Part shown: positions 29,498 to 37,625 of the stretch, in pieces
Position numbering within the stretch: the stretch's first letter is position 1
How the letters are laid out: every line of letters starts with the position of its first letter
Assembly: GCA_965215515.1 (NCBI GenBank)
Contig: OZ244057.1
Location: 384,001-448,000 of the forward strand
DNA length: 64,000 bases
DNA from: Oligoflexales bacterium
Lineage (GTDB): Bacteria; Bdellovibrionota_B; Oligoflexia; Oligoflexales; JAPPIL01
Direction: 5' to 3'
The notes under the pieces: model-generated
What the model saw: the letters and a program-made list of their open reading frames with translations, nothing else
Told to the model about the DNA's origin: nothing
The model's database searches: none
Program-made: the position numbers and the translations under genes

Positions 29498-32400
29498 CTA
29501 AGGACAGACTTCGTTACCCTGCAAGGTTTTAGCACTAGCAGCATCGCAACCGCCGACAGCACATCGATCGAGTGCTTCGAAGAGATAGGGAGTTGATTTG
29601 TCGAGAAGGCTTGGAACTGGATGACCAGGATCGTTGCCTAGTAGTTGTCTATCTATAAATTCTCTACATTCTCTGCTCATGCTACTCTTGCTTGTTGTAC
29701 CCGCATAGAAATAATCCCACCACAGTTTTTGAGAAAGAGCACCCTGGTACTGATTGCCGAAAATAATATTACTTAGTGCATCATTATTATTATAATCTTT
29801 ACAGGCTTCAGGTATCCTACCCCCTCCCCCGCCAGTAGTGAGAATGTTTTGTACCTCACCAAGCTTGAGACGACTATAGCTAGTGCAAGCGTCCATGGCT
29901 TTAATGGGGTCGTAGCAGTCGCACGTTTTGTTGCCAGGAGGCCAGGAGACAGATGCATAGCCCTCGGGGCAGGAGGGAACACATGGCTCATCTTCTTCTG
30001 GTGGTTTAGGCACGTTGCAGGTACAGTCAAACGCTAGGTACTTCCCTGAAATCGATGTTCGACTAAGATCATGCGTGCAGTTTTTTTGTGCCTCTTCGAC
30101 AGTCGGCGGGGATAAAGTGCTAGCATAGTCCTGACCAAGGGCATCACTGTAACGATACGTTTCACATTTGTTTTCGCAGGTACATGCAGCGCCCGTCGAT
30201 GAGAAGTAACCCCCTCTAGTACTTTCACAGTGACTCGTTACCTCCGCAACTTCAGTATTTTTGGCGGGAACATCGCCCCCACTATAATCAGCTGGGTAGC
30301 TAACGCTATTACAGACAGGATCAGGCGGTGTCTCTGTCGGTGTCTCTGTCGGTGTCTCTGTCGGTGTCTCTGTCGGTGTCGGTGTCTCTGGCGGAGGTGG
30401 AGGAGAGACGCTGTATTTGCAACTCCCCGTACACTTATCAGTGTCGAAACTCCAGCTCTTATCAGCCCCGCTGCAGGTGCAGCCGCCACTGTTCCACGTG
30501 CCGCTAGCTTTGGTGCAAGCAGTCTGTTCAGCATCGGAAAGACACACGCACTCGCCTGTAGAACCAACCCCGAACACAGACAGCGCCTTGTTGAGCAGGC
30601 TGAATGAAGTACGAGCAGAGAAGTTCCATACCTTCTTGGGATCAGAGCAAGTGCACTTGCACCTATTATCGTTCCAGGTTGCCTCACTCACGTTGCCGCA
30701 TGCGTTTTTCTCATTACCAGTACTATCAGGGCACTGACACGTACAAGTATTCGGATTGTATACTCTGTTCACGTATGTCGTCCCATCGCTGCTGTTGCAA
30801 TTGCAGCCACTACCATATGTAGCCTCTTCCTGACAGCTGCCGTCCCTTGTCCCATCCAAACAGGCACTCTCACACTCTCCCACTTGCACCGCCTGCCCTC
30901 CCGAGCATTCTTCTTCAGTTTCAGTAATGGGTTCTGTTGGCTGTTCTGTCTCTGACTTCTTCGCACACACGCACCTACCCACCGTCCAGGGAGTAGGAGC
31001 CGTCCAGATGACGGTGTAGTCTGAAGTTGGATTTGTACAAGGTTTAGTTTGAAGCACGCCCCCATCGCTGCAGCAGTAGTGGGTATTGTGGTTGTCCTCC
31101 TTGCATCCTTCGGGCTCCTCAGTTTCAATGGCGGAGCAGTCACACGCATCTTGGTCCAAGTCCGTGTTCCAGCTGATTGTGTATGCATCATCACAGTTAT
31201 CACCGCTGGGAATGACACCACCAGTACCTTCCTCACTGCAGCAGTAGTGGGTATTGTGGTTGTCCTCCTTGCATCCTTCGGGCTCCTCAGTTTCAATGGC
31301 GGAGCAGTCACACGCATCTGGGTCCAAGTCCGTGTTCCAGCTGATTGTGTATGCATCATCACAGTTATCACCGCTGGGAATGACACCACCAGTACCTTCC
31401 TCACTGCAGCAGTAGTTGCTCATGTTGCGCTGTCGGCATGCTTTGTTTTCAACCTTAGAAGGGCAGGGGGGACTGGTACACTCGCACTGGCAGGCAGTGG
31501 AGTTCCAGTTCGGTGTGGCAGAGGGGCAGGTGATGCCAGCCGCCGCAGCTTCTGCAGCAGTAGCATGTGGACACTCGCACTGGCAGGCAGTGGAGTTCCA
31601 GTTCGGTGTGGCAGAGGGGCAGGTGATGCCAGCTTCTGCAGCAGTAGCATATAGACACTGGCACTGGCAGGTTGTGGAATTCCATGTGTAGTTGCCAGTA
31701 CAAGACTGTGGAGCACATCCACATTGGCAGTGACTGGGAATCCAGGTGTAACCTGGAGCACAATCATCTGCGCTTTTTTTACATATACAACAATCAGGCT
31801 GACTTATATCTGTTTCCCACCCGCCAACTTTGGCGCAGGTGGTGCATGGGGGAGGTGGCGTTGGCGTTGGCGTTGGCGTTGGCGTTGGTGTTGGTGTCGG
31901 ATCAGGCGTTGGCGTTGGTGGCGTTGGCGTTGGTGGCGTTGGCGTTGGTGGCGTTGGCGTTGGTGGCGTTGGTGTTATGCAAACCTTCGTCCCTATAACT
32001 GTTACCCGCCTATTTCGTGCCTCTCTTGGACAGGGAGGCCATCCACTACAGGTTCTCGTCTGTGGTTCATATTCATATCTCGATTCGCCCTCACAAGCGT
32101 TGGGATCTGTCCTACTATCACTCACCGCAGGCTGCCAAGGAGTACATCCGCATCTCCTACAGCAGCCCTTATTAGGGGCACTATCATTGAACGTCCCCCA
32201 CCACCCGTTGCAGGTTAAGCTAAATGTATTAGCCACCTCGGTATTACCATCACAGCACTGTGTTGTCGGATCACATGGTGGCGGAGGCGGTGGTGTTGGT
32301 GTTGGCGGCGGCGGCGGAGGTGGTGCCCCTAAGCCTGCGGGGCAGTACTTGGTGATGTTGCGGCAGACCGTGGGCTTGGCATCGCGCAACGCCATCCTCA

Positions 32401-32899
32401 CCGCATCACCCCGCGTATAGTCACACTCCTCGCTCCCCCCGCCATGACAATCGGGATAAATATACCTGCCCTCAGCATCGGCATAGGCAAAGGCAACCGC
32501 AACATTACCAGGACGCAACTGATAAAAATAACGTAACTGTCCACAGGCTTGCGGACGGAAACCCAAACGGTTATTCAACCCCAGATCGCGATCATCGGCG
32601 TAGTCCCCACAATCACCCCTAGTACCGTCCTCATTCTTGTAGCCGATACCACCATCAGGGGCGAGCAACGCGGAGCCACTATAGTAATTACCGTGCTCGA
32701 CTTTATACATATCTTGTAAGGTGGCCAGGTGGGCGAGATTGCTCTTCGCCTCCCCCCGCCGTGCCTGCGCCAAGAAAGCATGATAACGCGGCACTGCCAA
32801 GGCGACCAAAATGCCGATAATCGCCACCGCGACCATCAACTCCACCAAACTTAAACCCGCCTTCGTCCGCACCACTTCCCTTTTTTTGGCTAAAAACAA
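29498..32899 (-). CDS. Giant type IV pilin-like protein with Pro-rich and Cys-rich repeat extension
   Basis: Class III signal KAG|LSLVELMVAVAIIGILVALAVPRY..RRGEAKSNL, followed by ~940 aa of Cys/Pro/Thr-rich repeats; start may be a GTG near 32872. Confidence 0.85.
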   Translation of the reverse strand: MFLAKKREVVRTKAGLSLVELMVAVAIIGILVALAVPRYHAFLAQARRGEAKSNLAHLATLQDMYKVEHGNYYSGSALLAPDGGIGYKNEDGTRGDCGDYADDRDLGLNNRLGFRPQACGQLRYFYQLRPGNVAVAFAYADAEGRYIYPDCHGGGSEECDYTRGDAVRMALRDAKPTVCRNITKYCPAGLGAPPPPPPPTPTPPPPPPCDPTTQCCDGNTEVANTFSLTCNGWWGTFNDSAPNKGCCRRCGCTPWQPAVSDSRTDPNACEGESRYEYEPQTRTCSGWPPCPREARNRRVTVIGTKVCITPTPPTPTPPTPTPPTPTPPTPTPDPTPTPTPTPTPTPTPPPPCTTCAKVGGWETDISQPDCCICKKSADDCAPGYTWIPSHCQCGCAPQSCTGNYTWNSTTCQCQCLYATAAEAGITCPSATPNWNSTACQCECPHATAAEAAAAGITCPSATPNWNSTACQCECTSPPCPSKVENKACRQRNMSNYCCSEEGTGGVIPSGDNCDDAYTISWNTDLDPDACDCSAIETEEPEGCKEDNHNTHYCCSEEGTGGVIPSGDNCDDAYTISWNTDLDQDACDCSAIETEEPEGCKEDNHNTHYCCSDGGVLQTKPCTNPTSDYTVIWTAPTPWTVGRCVCAKKSETEQPTEPITETEEECSGGQAVQVGECESACLDGTRDGSCQEEATYGSGCNCNSSDGTTYVNRVYNPNTCTCQCPDSTGNEKNACGNVSEATWNDNRCKCTCSDPKKVWNFSARTSFSLLNKALSVFGVGSTGECVCLSDAEQTACTKASGTWNSGGCTCSGADKSWSFDTDKCTGSCKYSVSPPPPPETPTPTETPTETPTETPTETPPDPVCNSVSYPADYSGGDVPAKNTEVAEVTSHCESTRGGYFSSTGAACTCENKCETYRYSDALGQDYASTLSPPTVEEAQKNCTHDLSRTSISGKYLAFDCTCNVPKPPEEDEPCVPSCPEGYASVSWPPGNKTCDCYDPIKAMDACTSYSRLKLGEVQNILTTGGGGGRIPEACKDYNNNDALSNIIFGNQYQGALSQKLWWDYFYAGTTSKSSMSRECREFIDRQLLGNDPGHPVPSLLDKSTPYLFEALDRCAVGGCDAASAKTLQGNEVCP
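30327..30390 (-). repeat. 12-nt tandem repeat (TETP)
   Basis: ggtgtctctgtc units. Confidence 0.85.
31068..31416 (-). repeat. 168-nt (56 aa) tandem duplication within the pilin
   Basis: Copies start at 31068 and 31236 (partial at 31404); one visible substitution (DPD/DQD). Confidence 0.92.
31478..31685 (-). repeat. 93/84-nt repeats encoding CxCxC modules (WNSTACQCEC)
   Basis: Copies start at 31478, 31571 and 31655. Confidence 0.88.
31855..31975 (-). repeat. (PT)n/(PTP)n linker microsatellite
   Basis: ggcgtt/ggtggcgtt iterations. Confidence 0.9.
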
Positions 32900-32923
32900 A
32901 ACTTTCCCGCGCGAACACCATCG

Positions 32924-33051
32924 GCGTTTTTTTTTTCACTTTAGTTACGTTGCCAAAACCCCCAAATTACAGTTGTCTGCCTGCAATATTGCGGGAGAGA
33001 GGGAAGATGGGGCGCTGCCCCATACCCCGCACAACTTTTTGAAAAAAGTTG
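32924..33051. repeat. ~125-bp direct repeat block, copy A (upstream of the pilin)
   Basis: Matches 33872-33996 and 35287-35411; hairpins ATGGGGC-GCT-GCCCCAT and CAACTTTTT..AAAAAGTTG. Confidence 0.92.
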
Positions 33052-33206
33052 GTACAGAAACTTAATTAACCTCAGGGGGTTGGAGCAGTTGTTTGATTTT
33101 GCCGTGTGATTTTATCTTAGCGGTGAGCAGAAAATTTTTGCTGTCGTGGCTGTGCTATCTACGGCAAGCAGTGCCTGCTGGCACTTGCACAGCATCGAGC
33201 TGTTTG

Positions 33207-33395
33207 CTAGCTGCAATTAAGAGTGCGCTTAATGTCGGCCAGCTCCTCTCCGCTGAGCTGTATAACGTCACAAATCTGCTCGTCAGGCATACCTTTCGCC
33301 AGCATCCGAGCGACAACATCCCGCTGCTTCCGTTCGATACCCTGTTCGATACCACGCCTCTCCGCCTTGTCAAGACTGAATTCTATCGTGGGCAT
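33207..33395 (-). CDS. Putative internally translated Rpn C-terminal small protein (RpnS-type), 62 aa
   Basis: GAGGAGGAG RBS then ATG: MPTIEFSLDKAERRGIEQGIERKQRDVVARMLAKGMPDEQICDVIQLSGEELADIKRTLNCS. Confidence 0.6.
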   Translation of the reverse strand: MPTIEFSLDKAERRGIEQGIERKQRDVVARMLAKGMPDEQICDVIQLSGEELADIKRTLNCS

Positions 33396-33786
33396 AAGTC
33401 TCTCCTCCTCACGTAGACCTGGCCAATACTCCCGCTCAATGCGATCAAACTCACCCCTCCCAAACCCCCCATCGGTATATTCATAGTAGTCCGTTAGCGG
33501 AATCATCACAATACCCCTGTGCACAGCTGGAATCTCACGCGCTTTCCGCAACAGCAACGCCACATCTTCTTCCGTCGCACGCCAAAAACGGCGAATAGCC
33601 TCGATAACTACCCCCGTAGATTCAGCCCGACGCAAAACACTGTCCGACAGTTTGTGCAGATTTATGATTTTACAGAAAAAATTAGGATTGAGATGTGACA
33701 GCGACTGCACCGCCGCAGGTATCTCCCCCCTCCTATTCCTGAACACCCAAATGTGGATGGCCAGCCTGCAGTTGCCTACCCCGCAT
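33207..33786 (-). pseudogene. Internally deleted, frameshifted copy of the Rpn gene
   Basis: Near-identical to 34152-35201 but lacks the 374 nt equivalent to 34792-35165; the native ATG gives MRGRQLQAGHPHLGVQE*. Confidence 0.88.
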
Positions 33787-33871
33787 TCCCCTTTGCTCTC
33801 CAGCCACAAACCTATCTCCCCAAATCAAATAACTAATTAGCAAGGTAGCACAAAGAAACATGGAGACTCTA

Positions 33872-33996
33872 GCGTTTTTTTCACTTTAGTTACGTTGCCA
33901 AACCCCCCCAATTACCATTGTCTACCTGCAATATTGCGGGAGAGAGAGAAGATGGGGCGCTGCCCCATACCCCGCACAACTTTTTGAAAAAAGTTG
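33872..33996. repeat. ~125-bp direct repeat block, copy B
   Basis: Appears identical to copy C; a few differences from copy A. Confidence 0.92.
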
Positions 33997-34151
33997 GTAC
34001 AGAAACTTAATTAACCTCAGGGGGTTGGAGCAGTTGTTTGATTTTGCCGTGTGATTTTATCTTAGCGGTGAGCAGAAAATTTTTGCTGTCGTGGCTGTGC
34101 TATCTACGGCAAGCAGTGCCTGCTGGCACTTGCACAGCATCGAGCTGTTTG

Positions 34152-34436
34152 CTAGCTGCAATTAAGAGTGCGCTTAATGTCGGCCAGCTCCTCTCCGCTG
34201 AGCTGTATAACGTCACAAATCTGCTCGTCAGGCATACCTTTCGCCAGCATCCGAGCGACAACATCCCGCTGCTTCCGTTCGATACCCTGTTCGATACCCT
34301 GTTCGATACCCTGTTCGATACCCTGTTCGATACCCTGTTCGATACCCTGTTCGATACCCTGTTCGATACCCTGTTCGATACCACGCTCAACACCACGCCT
34401 CTCCGCCTTGTCAAGACTGAATTCTATCGTGGGCAT
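34152..34436 (-). CDS. Putative nested RpnS-type small protein, 94 aa
   Basis: In-frame internal ATG preceded by GAGGAGGAG; includes GVER(GIEQ)8GIER. Confidence 0.6.
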   Translation of the reverse strand: MPTIEFSLDKAERRGVERGIEQGIEQGIEQGIEQGIEQGIEQGIEQGIEQGIERKQRDVVARMLAKGMPDEQICDVIQLSGEELADIKRTLNCS

Positions 34437-35201
34437 AAGTCTCTCCTCCTCACGTAGACCTGGCCAATACTCCCGCTCAATGCGATCAAACTCACCCCTC
34501 CCAAACCCCCCATCGGTATATTCATAGTAGTCCGTTAGCGGAATCATCACAATACCCCTGTGCACAGCTGGAATCTCACGCGCTTTCCGCAACAGCAACG
34601 CCACATCTTCTTCCGTCGCACGCCAAAAACGGCGAATAGCCTCGATAACTACCCCCGTAGATTCAGCCCGACGCAAAACACTGTCCGACAGTTTGTGCAG
34701 ATTTATGATTTTACAGAAAAAATTAGGATTGAGATGTGACAGCGACTGCACCGCCGCAGGTATCTCCCCCCTCCTATTCCTGAACACCCAACTGTTGTAG
34801 TCACTAGGAGGAGCGAAATTCTCGTCCTCGCAACACAGCAAAACGATAGGAATGACGATGCCACCTGTGCGACGACACAGTTCCGTGTGGTACTCCTTGA
34901 TCTGTAGAAGAACATCGTTTACCCTATGCGCCTTGAACTCAAAAACTATGCAGATGGTTAGCGGCGGCTCACCTGCATCGCCTTTGAGATCGACAGAGAC
35001 GACAAGATCAGGGCGGCGACTCTTGCCTGCAATATCCCTCGCTTCGCTCTCATCGATGCGCACCCTAGTTAAGTCTAACACCTCTAACTCTGCCTCGGTG
35101 AAGCTTAGCGCCACAATTTCTTGCACAAATTCTTTATTTTTGTAGATCTTTTGAAAGATGGCATCATGTGGATGGCCAGCCTGCAGATGCCTACCCCGCA
35201 T
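34152..35201 (-). CDS. Rpn-family (YhgA-like) PD-(D/E)XK nuclease
   Basis: PHDAIFQK, RRPDLVV..VFEFKAH, IVIPIVL; C-terminal (GIEQ)n repeats then ARML.KGM..EQI...QLS. Confidence 0.88.
   Translation of the reverse strand: MRGRHLQAGHPHDAIFQKIYKNKEFVQEIVALSFTEAELEVLDLTRVRIDESEARDIAGKSRRPDLVVSVDLKGDAGEPPLTICIVFEFKAHRVNDVLLQIKEYHTELCRRTGGIVIPIVLLCCEDENFAPPSDYNSWVFRNRRGEIPAAVQSLSHLNPNFFCKIINLHKLSDSVLRRAESTGVVIEAIRRFWRATEEDVALLLRKAREIPAVHRGIVMIPLTDYYEYTDGGFGRGEFDRIEREYWPGLREEERLMPTIEFSLDKAERRGVERGIEQGIEQGIEQGIEQGIEQGIEQGIEQGIEQGIERKQRDVVARMLAKGMPDEQICDVIQLSGEELADIKRTLNCS
34277..34382 (-). repeat. 12-nt tandem repeat (GIEQ)x8
   Basis: gttcgataccct units; the deleted copy has only one GIEQ. Confidence 0.95.
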
Positions 35202-35286
35202 TCCCCTTTGCTCTCCAGCCACAAACCTATCTCCCCAAATCAAATAACTAATTAGCAAGGTAGCACAAAGAAACATGGAGACTCTA

Positions 35287-35411
35287 GCGTTTTTTTCACT
35301 TTAGTTACGTTGCCAAACCCCCCCAATTACCATTGTCTACCTGCAATATTGCGGGAGAGAGAGAAGATGGGGCGCTGCCCCATACCCCGCACAACTTTTT
35401 GAAAAAAGTTG
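35287..35411. repeat. ~125-bp direct repeat block, copy C
   Basis: See copies A and B; followed directly by the inverted TGTAGATGCC motif (35412-35427). Confidence 0.92.
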
Positions 35412-35444
35412 TGCGGTGGCATCTACACTTCTAACGTGCATATT

Positions 35445-36563
35445 TCAATCGTCAAACTTAGGATTAATAGGGGTCTCGTGCGGTGTTTTGACAAATGACC
35501 CCATAGCACGACCCACTACGTGGGCGGCAACAATCACAGGAATAATTATGCCGAACCTCGCCGCACTCTTCCCAAGTCGTGTAGCACTCGGTAAGGCTGT
35601 GTCTCCTTTGCCAAAAACCCTGCGCATCCACGCAGCTACACCTTCAGCTCTCCTGTCTAGCCATTTCGTCAGACGCGTACTTTCTTTGCCCGCCAACTTT
35701 TTTCCTCTATCTATCATACCATTGGCAGCAAAAATAGAGGCTGCCAAGTACGTACCGAAAGCGGGAAACAAAAGGGCATACGAACTTCTGACATCTTCAC
35801 TAGCTCCGTGCTCCGCAGTAAATTCAAATGCCTTCCCCGTTGCTACTGCTTCTTGATAGAGCTGTATGGGGAAAAAGAATCTTCCCAATGTATATAGGCC
35901 AGGACCAAGCCCCTTTTTCTGTTTTTCAGAAAAATCTATCGCGTGACCAGCTTCATGGAGAGCAAGATCCAAGTTATCAGAGTAGAGTACCACGGTGTCG
36001 GCAAAAGGGTTGTAGTGATCACCCATCCCATACAGCAACCGCCCTGGCATTACCGTATAGATCAAAGCATTCATTGTCCCTAGAGTGAGCTTAGTTAGAA
36101 CAGATGTTTTGTCGTTTCTAAAGGTGCGTTGCCAGATTATTTTTGGATTATATTCATTGACAGATACGTGTGTGCTCGCCGAGTCTCCATCGGCAAGAGC
36201 TAATCTTACCGCCTTTTCCGCATCTTCATGCAACTCACCAGAACCGACGGTGCGATTCCAAAGCAATAGCTTTTGGGGCCAAGAAAAGAAACTACGCAGT
36301 GCATCGACGATCTTATTCTCCTTACCTCGGGTTACCAGCACCTCATGCAGTTTTTCCTCCAGCTGAGGGTCATTTTGAAGACGCTTTTCGATCTCATTAT
36401 CAGAATCTTGCGTCAACAGCACAACCTGCCTAGCTACAGGCTGACCTTGATCTTTGGTTGCGACACTAGGGGAAAACACCTGCCCTTGGCGCACAAGTGG
36501 CTTGCATGCAGTGGCAAAAAAGACAAAGACCAGCACCCATTCCTTCGTAACCCAGCTTCCCAT
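35445..36563 (-). CDS. Lipoprotein with HExxH zinc-metallopeptidase motif and C-terminal hydrophobic helices
   Basis: FATAC lipobox; LALHEAGHAID followed by YQEAVA. Confidence 0.65.
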   Translation of the reverse strand: MGSWVTKEWVLVFVFFATACKPLVRQGQVFSPSVATKDQGQPVARQVVLLTQDSDNEIEKRLQNDPQLEEKLHEVLVTRGKENKIVDALRSFFSWPQKLLLWNRTVGSGELHEDAEKAVRLALADGDSASTHVSVNEYNPKIIWQRTFRNDKTSVLTKLTLGTMNALIYTVMPGRLLYGMGDHYNPFADTVVLYSDNLDLALHEAGHAIDFSEKQKKGLGPGLYTLGRFFFPIQLYQEAVATGKAFEFTAEHGASEDVRSSYALLFPAFGTYLAASIFAANGMIDRGKKLAGKESTRLTKWLDRRAEGVAAWMRRVFGKGDTALPSATRLGKSAARFGIIIPVIVAAHVVGRAMGSFVKTPHETPINPKFDD

Positions 36564-36819
36564 AACATCACCTCACAGTATTGAAACAAAAACCAAAAAC
36601 CGACATTCGATGTGCTCATCGTCCGTTTTTTTTTTTTTTTCTTTAATGTTTTTCTATATCATACCGATTTAATTTAGAAATTTCGCTAATTTCACCCAGA
36701 AGTATAATCTCCCATCGACTCGCAACCCGTCCATCATTATACCTGAGTGCACAACACCTTTGCTAGCTGAGATGCAAAGGTTCAACCACACAGGTATAAT
36801 GATAGACAGGAGGTGTTGC

Positions 36820-37305
36820 ATGCAAGACGGCTGGATCTCTATCAACGACTATGCGCGCAAGTTCAGTGTTTCGGACATAACCGTGCGCCGACGCATCAAA
36901 CAAGGCAAAATTCCCGCCGAGCTTAAAAACGGCAAGTACTACATCAAAGCCGACTACCAAGATGCAAGCACACCGCCCGAGCAAAACCATACCCCGCCAG
37001 GAGTCGTGCCTGCGACACGTCCCTCGTTTTCTCCGCCCCCCCCTATCGCTAGCGAACAAATAACGACAGAACTGCCCCTTACCAACACCCCCACGCCCAG
37101 TACACAAGACAAAGAACTGCTGCAATTCTGCGACCGTTACCTCGCTGAACTTAAAACCAGAGAACAGCACCTCACCAAATGCCACGCGACCGAAATCGCT
37201 CTACTCGAAGCCAGACTTGCCAAGAAAGATAGCGAAATTAATGCTTTAAAACAACAAATAGAAGATTTGCAACTGCTAGTTAAAATTCTCGAGAACAAAA
37301 TTTAA
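36820..37305 (+). CDS. Helix-turn-helix DNA-binding protein with C-terminal coiled coil
   Basis: AGGAGG RBS; WISINDYARKFSVSDITVRRRIKQGKI..GKYYI; coiled-coil tail. Confidence 0.75.
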   Translation: MQDGWISINDYARKFSVSDITVRRRIKQGKIPAELKNGKYYIKADYQDASTPPEQNHTPPGVVPATRPSFSPPPPIASEQITTELPLTNTPTPSTQDKELLQFCDRYLAELKTREQHLTKCHATEIALLEARLAKKDSEINALKQQIEDLQLLVKILENKI

Positions 37306-37321
37306 GCGAATACAATTATTG

Positions 37322-37621
37322 CTACAGCTGAGCGACTTCGCGACGAGTCAAGCCAGTAGTTTTGCAGATGACGGTGTGCGCAAAACCCATCTTGAGCATA
37401 CGTTGTGCAATGCAGGCACGTTCTTGTTGCCGTCCTTGCCGCTTGCCTGTGCTGACACCACGGCGGTAAACAAAGCGGGCAGCCGTTATCGCTCCTCTAT
37501 ACTTGCGACGTAAATCGGCAAAAAGACTACCGCTGCTACCGATACGGCGTTTGATGAACGGTAATAGCCGCTCGATAACTTGTACGGCAAAGAGCAGACC
37601 TGTGAAAAATTTTCTGGCCAT
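37322..37621 (-). CDS. Stand-alone Rpn C-terminal-like small protein
   Basis: ..RRGVSTGKRQGRQQERACIAQRMLKMGFAHTVICKTTGLTRREVAQL*; ATG 4 nt after the secDF stop. Confidence 0.6.
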   Translation of the reverse strand: MARKFFTGLLFAVQVIERLLPFIKRRIGSSGSLFADLRRKYRGAITAARFVYRRGVSTGKRQGRQQERACIAQRMLKMGFAHTVICKTTGLTRREVAQL

Positions 37622-37625
37622 CGTT

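Noticed and set aside
31724..32420. Plus-strand WR-repeat and GV-repeat ORFs
   Set aside because: Antisense translations of the (PT)n linker.
33207..33809. 200-aa ORF as an intact gene
   Set aside because: Its N-terminus is an out-of-frame reading of the Rpn leader created by the 374-nt deletion; treated as pseudogene plus nested small ORF.
31068..34382. Possible CRISPR array in the 168-nt, 93-nt or 12-nt repeats
   Set aside because: Repeats are contiguous, in frame and coding, with no unique spacers and no cas genes.
29498..35411. Diversity-generating retroelement acting on the pilin or Rpn duplicates
   Set aside because: No reverse transcriptase in the window, and copy differences are indels or isolated substitutions, not adenine-specific.
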